Origin: Caldilineaceae bacterium
GTDB taxonomy: Bacteria; Chloroflexota; Anaerolineae; Caldilineales; Caldilineaceae
Reading direction: 5' to 3'
Length of the DNA: 64,000 bases
Assembly: GCA_965204705.1 (NCBI GenBank)
Contig: CBDBFE010000001.1
Coordinates: 35,827 to 99,826 of the forward strand
The translations under genes and the position numbers were made by a program. The notes under the pieces are model-generated. The model was not told the origin of the DNA. It was given only the letters and a program-made list of their open reading frames with translations, and ran no database searches. Shown one piece after another: positions 59,338 to 64,000 of this stretch; position 1 is the stretch's first letter, and each line of letters starts with the position of its first letter.

Positions 59338-60429
59338 ATGCTAACACACAGAACACCCAATCGCATACCGATCGCCGCCGCCGCCGAAGTCGCAGCCCGT
59401 CTCCCGGGCACGCGCTGGGAAGGCGCCGGCTACCGCACCCGCGGCTACTGCCACGGCAGCGGAGACAAGCCGACGTCGGCATCGCTGGTATTCAGCGACC
59501 CCCCCAGGCCCGGAGAACAGTCCCTGCGCGTCCACTGCTTCAAATGCAACCCCGGCACGCCGGCAGAACGCGACGCCATCCGCCACGCCCTGCAAAAAGC
59601 GACCGGCCTGCAGCTGTGCAACTGTCGCGCCTGCTGGGAATCCCACCGCGCGGGCCGGCCTCCGGATGGAGCGGCTACCCGGCCTGCCGCCCCCGGCCGG
59701 CCCGCGCCGGCCACGACACAGCCTGCGCCGCGGCGCCGCGCAAAGAGCGACACGGCAGCCTACGCCGCCGACCTATGGGCCGCAGCCCGCCCATCCACTT
59801 CCGGGCCGGCGGAACAGCATCCCGTAGGCCGTTGGTTGGCCGCACGCACACCCCCGATCCGCTGGCCCGCCGGCCGGCCGCTGCCCGAAACAGTCCGCTG
59901 GCTTGCCCGCAGACACCGCATTTTCCCCCGCAGACAACCGGACAGCCCGGCCGTCGGCGCGCTGGTCATGGCACTGCGCCCCCTGTCCAACCCTGTCGGC
60001 GCTACCCGCAAGGTGCATCTGGTCGCCATCGACGCCGAGGGGCGCAAAGCGTACCACTGGCAGGCAAACAAGCGCGGCGATAAACATACCTACGGCCAGG
60101 ACGTCGCCGCCTATGGCCTGCTCTGGAAACAACGGCCAGCAGGCAAACACGCCTGCGATCTGCATGTCGTCGAAGGCCTCGCAGACGGATTGGCCTTGCT
60201 CACAGCCCTGCCGGAGGATCAGATCGTAGCCGTCTGCGCCGGCCTGCGCTACAGCGAAATCGACCCGGGCTGGTTCGCGTCCGTAACCCTGTGGCCCGAC
60301 GGCGATGAGAAGGCGTTGGAAACGGCCCGCCGGCAGGCGCAGCAGTGGGCAAACCGCGGCTACACCACCCCAATCAAGTTACTGCCAAAAGGGGAAGACC
60401 CTGCGAGCATGAACTGGAGAACACCGTGA
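59338..60429 (+). CDS. Primase-like protein: CHC2-type zinc finger + Toprim domain
   Basis: ORF track 363 aa. GYCHGSGDKPTSASL…LRVHCFKCN (CxH…CxxC). Toprim-like LHVVEGLADGLAL (Glu) and LWPDGDEKA (DxD). Confidence 0.65.
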   Translation: MLTHRTPNRIPIAAAAEVAARLPGTRWEGAGYRTRGYCHGSGDKPTSASLVFSDPPRPGEQSLRVHCFKCNPGTPAERDAIRHALQKATGLQLCNCRACWESHRAGRPPDGAATRPAAPGRPAPATTQPAPRRRAKSDTAAYAADLWAAARPSTSGPAEQHPVGRWLAARTPPIRWPAGRPLPETVRWLARRHRIFPRRQPDSPAVGALVMALRPLSNPVGATRKVHLVAIDAEGRKAYHWQANKRGDKHTYGQDVAAYGLLWKQRPAGKHACDLHVVEGLADGLALLTALPEDQIVAVCAGLRYSEIDPGWFASVTLWPDGDEKALETARRQAQQWANRGYTTPIKLLPKGEDPASMNWRTP

Positions 60430-61601
60430 CGAATTCGACCCTGCCTAACGGAACCGAGGCAATCACACCCGACGAAGTGCCCGCAGAAATCCCCGCCCCG
60501 CTCCCAGGAGCTCAGGAGTTGAGAGGCATAAACGCAGCCATCGCCGCCGGCAAGACGCCGGACAGGGACGACATCGAAGCCATACGCCGGCTACGACCCT
60601 CTGGGGGAATGTCCGAAACGGAGATCGTCCAGCTGATCGAAGCCCTGCACAGCGACAGTTCCGCAACCGCGCAAATGGCATGGACACAAATTGGCAAGCT
60701 GATCAGATACCGTAGCTGGAACGAGAAAAAAGCGTGGAATTTCCAAGCTCCGGATCGTGAGTGGCTGATCAAAGACTGGCTGCCGCTCGGCCGCATCGGC
60801 CTGCTCACAGGCGAGGGCGAAAAGGGCAAAAGCCTGTTGGCGCTGCAACTGGCCGCGAAGATGGCCGCTGGCGGTGGCCTCTGGCTGCGACGCGGCGTCA
60901 AGGTCACCATGCCGGCCGTATCAGACGGTGTCGCGGTGATTGCCAATTGGGAAGACGAAGCTCACGAAGCGCGCCGGCGCCTGAACTGGATCGAAAACGC
61001 CGACCGCGCTGACGACCAGACAACACCCCTGGCGAAGCGTGTAGGCAAAAGCCTGCGCTATCTGGAGATGGCCCAGGCCGGCCCCGTGTGGACGGCCGAC
61101 GGCCTCTCCCTTATCGGCCGCCAATTGCGCGACTACTGCGAAGAACACGACGCCCGCCTGCTTGTTCTCGACCCCCTGATCAACGCCTACGGCGCAACAG
61201 AGAACGCCAACGAGGAGGCCGCCCACTTCATGGCCGACTGGGGCGGCTGGGCGCAGGAAGCGAGTTGCACCGTCCTGCTTTGCCATCACCCGCCAAAGGC
61301 GGACAGAAAGGACAGACAGGAGGGCGCCGACCACGGATTCAGAGGCGCCAGCGCCTTTTCCGCCGAGGCCCGCTTTTACTGGCAGCTGACCGACCAGAAA
61401 GAGAAAGACGGGCCGGCTATTACCGTGTTAAGACGGCGCAAAGGCAACTACGCAGACCCGAACGCGTCGAAGGAAATATACCTGGACAAATCACAGAAAA
61501 CCCACTGGATTTGGCGCGTTGCGGCCGGCCAGCCCCAACAACAGACCAACACATCCCCCTATAACCATCAGGAGGACGATGACTATGACGAAGTCGGTTA
61601 A
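60345..61601 (+). CDS. RecA-like AAA ATPase (AAA_25/RepA-DnaB-like)
   Basis: ORF track 418 aa. An alternative GTG start at 60426 overlaps the primase stop (GTGA). Walker A LLTGEGEKGKSLLALQLA, Walker B-like RLLVLDPL. The pairing with primase genes is typical of integrative elements. Confidence 0.6.
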   Translation: MGKPRLHHPNQVTAKRGRPCEHELENTVTNSTLPNGTEAITPDEVPAEIPAPLPGAQELRGINAAIAAGKTPDRDDIEAIRRLRPSGGMSETEIVQLIEALHSDSSATAQMAWTQIGKLIRYRSWNEKKAWNFQAPDREWLIKDWLPLGRIGLLTGEGEKGKSLLALQLAAKMAAGGGLWLRRGVKVTMPAVSDGVAVIANWEDEAHEARRRLNWIENADRADDQTTPLAKRVGKSLRYLEMAQAGPVWTADGLSLIGRQLRDYCEEHDARLLVLDPLINAYGATENANEEAAHFMADWGGWAQEASCTVLLCHHPPKADRKDRQEGADHGFRGASAFSAEARFYWQLTDQKEKDGPAITVLRRRKGNYADPNASKEIYLDKSQKTHWIWRVAAGQPQQQTNTSPYNHQEDDDYDEVG

Positions 61602-63210
61602 CACTCTGACCATTCAAGAACGAATCAAATACATAGTCTCTAAACTGAAAGAACGCGGCCAGGTCCCAGAAGACGCCCAAGAGCCTTACCTGGACCAAAT
61701 CGCCGGCAAGCGTTTCGATCCCCTCATGCAGGAAGCCTTTCGGGAATATGATCGGCGCCATAGTGATTTGATGGTTGTAGCCGAAGAACACGCCGACATC
61801 GACTCTGTCGCATCCCCCATTCTGACTACCAGCAGCGGCCCAGCGACCACCGAGGACCTGCTGTCGCTAGCAGGAATGATGGGCCGCATCACCAATGCCC
61901 TTACCCCCGACCAACTATCCCACGACAAGGATCTCCTAACCGTTGAAATGATCGGCCTGTCATACAATCATGACCTGTGGGAAGCCATTCCCCCGGCAGA
62001 AAGAAAGAAGGCCGGCTTGCAACATCCCTATACCCCACTGATTCGATCCTTCCTGAACCCGCCCAAAAATGGAAATACTAGGAAAACCGGCATTCTTTCT
62101 GCCGCGCTAACGCGCAACCCGTTGAAAGATACGCCAACCGCCACCTTGTTCGACATGAAGGCATTTCGCAAACAGGGCATCGGCTTTAACCCGTCGCCGG
62201 AAGACCAAGCACATCTGCCGGATTTTGAACCCGCCAACCCCACCCAACTCGCGCCGGCCTTGCCACTGCTCATGTATGATGAAGCGCGCGCCGGTAAAAG
62301 CCCGGGCAGGGGAAGTCCCACAACGCCCTGGGAACTACGCACCTGGATCGAGCTGATACTGACAACCCCCGCCGCTGAGCGCTTCAGCAGTGATGAACTA
62401 TGTGTACGGTACGGAGACTTCGTCGAGTGGCTGATGCCAAACGGCCGTTATTCCAAGAAGTGCTTTCAGGCTATCGACAGAGCGTTGGACGAAGTACACA
62501 ACCTGCGCTTGCCTTGGGAAATTGGCGGGGTCGGCGGCCTGTGGAGTGTGATACTGGTCATATCCAAACCCCGGACATGGAACGCCTACAACGACCTGCT
62601 GATCTTCAAGACCTCCTTACCGCCAGGCGTCAGCGGATATGGCCCACTGATTTACCGCCCCGCGCTGCGTGAGATGGGCCAGGAATCGGTCCTCCAGTAC
62701 CGATCCTATCTTTCGCTTTCCTGGTTGTGGGATCATTACGGCGCCAACAAAGGCCGGTACATTCAATCCACCCGGGTGCGCCTTGCCCGAGACAAGAACA
62801 ACAACCTCGTGGATGCCAAAGGAGCCATCATCTTGGACAAGAACGGAAACCCGGCGCGCACGTGGATGATCCGGCGCAAGCACAACAATAAGATAATTTG
62901 GGAACCCAGACCCGGCATTGTTCCCCTCGATGCAGACGGAAAACCCGTCCCATCCTTGAATGACGCCGCCCGGGAGCGCAATCCGGCCGCCGACCAGTAC
63001 CCGATCCTGACGCCGCAACAGCTAGTGTCCCTCGCCTACATGGACGAACAAAAACAACTCACTCCCGCCACACATCGAAAAAGACAGGAGCGTTCCCGGA
63101 AGGCTCTCAAAGCGATTAAAAGTAAGGGCCTGTGCACCCTCGAAAAAATCGACGGCGGCATACGCATCCTGCCCCCACACGGATGGGGAGCTTCTTTCGA
63201 CCATGACTAA
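61519..63210 (+). CDS. Large hypothetical protein of the replicon-like module (possible initiator)
   Basis: ORF track 563 aa. Likely start at MTMTKSV (61579/61585, AGGAGGA upstream). No family recognised. It is immediately followed by iteron-like repeats. Confidence 0.5.
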   Translation: MRPASPNNRPTHPPITIRRTMTMTKSVNTLTIQERIKYIVSKLKERGQVPEDAQEPYLDQIAGKRFDPLMQEAFREYDRRHSDLMVVAEEHADIDSVASPILTTSSGPATTEDLLSLAGMMGRITNALTPDQLSHDKDLLTVEMIGLSYNHDLWEAIPPAERKKAGLQHPYTPLIRSFLNPPKNGNTRKTGILSAALTRNPLKDTPTATLFDMKAFRKQGIGFNPSPEDQAHLPDFEPANPTQLAPALPLLMYDEARAGKSPGRGSPTTPWELRTWIELILTTPAAERFSSDELCVRYGDFVEWLMPNGRYSKKCFQAIDRALDEVHNLRLPWEIGGVGGLWSVILVISKPRTWNAYNDLLIFKTSLPPGVSGYGPLIYRPALREMGQESVLQYRSYLSLSWLWDHYGANKGRYIQSTRVRLARDKNNNLVDAKGAIILDKNGNPARTWMIRRKHNNKIIWEPRPGIVPLDADGKPVPSLNDAARERNPAADQYPILTPQQLVSLAYMDEQKQLTPATHRKRQERSRKALKAIKSKGLCTLEKIDGGIRILPPHGWGASFDHD

Positions 63211-63240
63211 GGCAAAGACAGTGGATCAGAAGCAGTGCTT

Positions 63241-63332
63241 TACTACATCTGAAGTCACACTATCCCGCCACTACATCTGAAGTCACACTCTACTACATCT
63301 GAAGTCGCGCTCTACTACATCTGAAGTCACAC
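63241..63332 (+). repeat. Iteron-like direct repeats (4 copies)
   Basis: CTACATCTGAAGTC(A/G)C(A/G)C starts at 63243, 63271, 63293 and 63315 (spacing 28, 22, 22 nt). Confidence 0.75.
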
Positions 63333-63390
63333 ATCCCCTCTGGTAGAAAGGCAACCCCTATATACCCTATATCCCTATAAGGGTATGGGA

Positions 63391-63423
63391 GGGCTGCCCA
63401 TGCCCTTATAGGGCGGGCAGCCC
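63391..63423. other. Hairpin / inverted repeat next to the CCCTATA direct repeats
   Basis: GGGCTGCCC-(15 nt)-GGGCAGCCC, with the loop itself near-palindromic (GCCCTTATAGGGC). Preceded by CCCTATA x3 at about 63356-63380. Confidence 0.6.
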
Positions 63424-63589
63424 CAGGGAAAAAACTCCTCGGCACGGTGGAACAACCAGAAAGAAGCAGCGCATGGATGCCGCCCAGGAACGTAACCCCG
63501 CAGCTGATCATTACCCTTTTCTGTCGCCCGAGCATCAGGTCGCCCTGGGTCCATCCGCCGGCGCCCAATACACTGAGTAAATCGGCGCG

Positions 63590-63725
63590 TTCCATACGAA
63601 GAGCACGGGCAGAGGACGCCTTGTCCAACATGGCCGGCAACGGCTACATTATCACCGAACACCTGGACAAAGGCGTGCGTATCCTGCCGCCGTCGGGATG
63701 GGGTGCCGGTTACGGGGATAAACTA
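63590..63725 (+). pseudogene. Diverged fragment homologous to the 3' end of 61519..63210
   Basis: Track ORF 63447..63761 contains …RRARAEDALSNMAGNGYIITEHLDKGVRILPPSGWGAGY. Compare …KALKAIKSKGLCTLEKIDGGIRILPPHGWGASF at the end of ORF 61519..63210. Confidence 0.5.
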
Positions 63726-63835
63726 CATTTGCGGTGGAGGCTGTCTCAGAAGTCGGGCTGAGAGCGTGCGCCAATTGCGTCTGAGGGTAAGGCGGGTTTA
63801 GGATGAGGCTTACCCAAGATGCAGGCGGAGCGCAC

Positions 63836-64000
63836 ATGCCTTTTCGGGAGATGAGTAGAGAGCAGATGTGGATGCTGCCACCGACGCTTGATGAGCTGTT
63901 GCCCCCGGATCATCGAGCAAGGTTTGTGGCCGAGTTCGTCGATGCCCTGGACAGGGAAGGCTGGGCCGAGCTTGGTGTGGAGATGGGAGGGGAGCCTCTG
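63836..64000 (+). mobile_element. Partial IS5/IS1182-superfamily transposase gene (N-terminal 55 codons, continues off-window)
   Basis: Own translation: [55 protein letters not shown]. The MLPP.L.ELLP.DH.ARFV..FVD.LD pattern is the N-terminal domain typical of these transposases (recall). Confidence 0.6.

Overview
High-GC bacterial chromosomal window, about 60-67% GC by hand counts in native-looking genes. It is rich in accessory DNA. The taxon cannot be set from sequence alone; the PT-linker/FN3/LRR surface proteins and the hybrid sensor kinase suggest a Chloroflexota-like genome, but that is only a guess. Left third (1-18 kb): a giant secreted FN3 + leucine-rich-repeat protein, several lipoproteins, a frameshifted LLM oxidoreductase, and many decayed repeats. 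These include six copies of a DUF3102-gene element and a ~220-bp MITE with 18-bp terminal inverted repeats (TIRs). Middle (18-43 kb): three paralogous secreted Pro/Thr-linker proteins with a conserved Cys/His N-terminal motif and shared leader DNA. Also here are a secreted SH3b-HNH-Excalibur nuclease, a SIMPL protein, a BacNav-type voltage-gated channel with a DDW filter, DUF502, a GAF-PAS-HK-REC-wHTH hybrid and several frameshifted or truncated genes. Seven copies of a second TIR-bounded non-coding element family carry variable tandem-repeat payloads (85-bp x7 and a 174-bp higher-order repeat); the same unit also forms an unbounded 86-bp x9 array. Right third (43-64 kb): a defence/mobile island. 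It holds an MmeI-like Type IIG R-M fusion and a low-GC three-gene cassette (restriction-fold-headed helical protein, helical partner, minimal SMODS/CD-NTase-like nucleotidyltransferase). I rate that cassette as the best candidate for an undescribed system. It is followed by a C5-MTase / GHKL ATPase / Z1 helicase-like / PD-(D/E)XK operon, with tyrosine-integrase remnants as direct repeats between cassettes. A replicon-like module follows (RHH, Zn-finger/Toprim primase-like protein, RecA-like ATPase, large protein, iterons), and a partial IS5/IS1182-type transposase sits at the right edge. I recognised no rRNA, tRNA or CRISPR array. All family assignments come from motif recognition by eye, not from searches.
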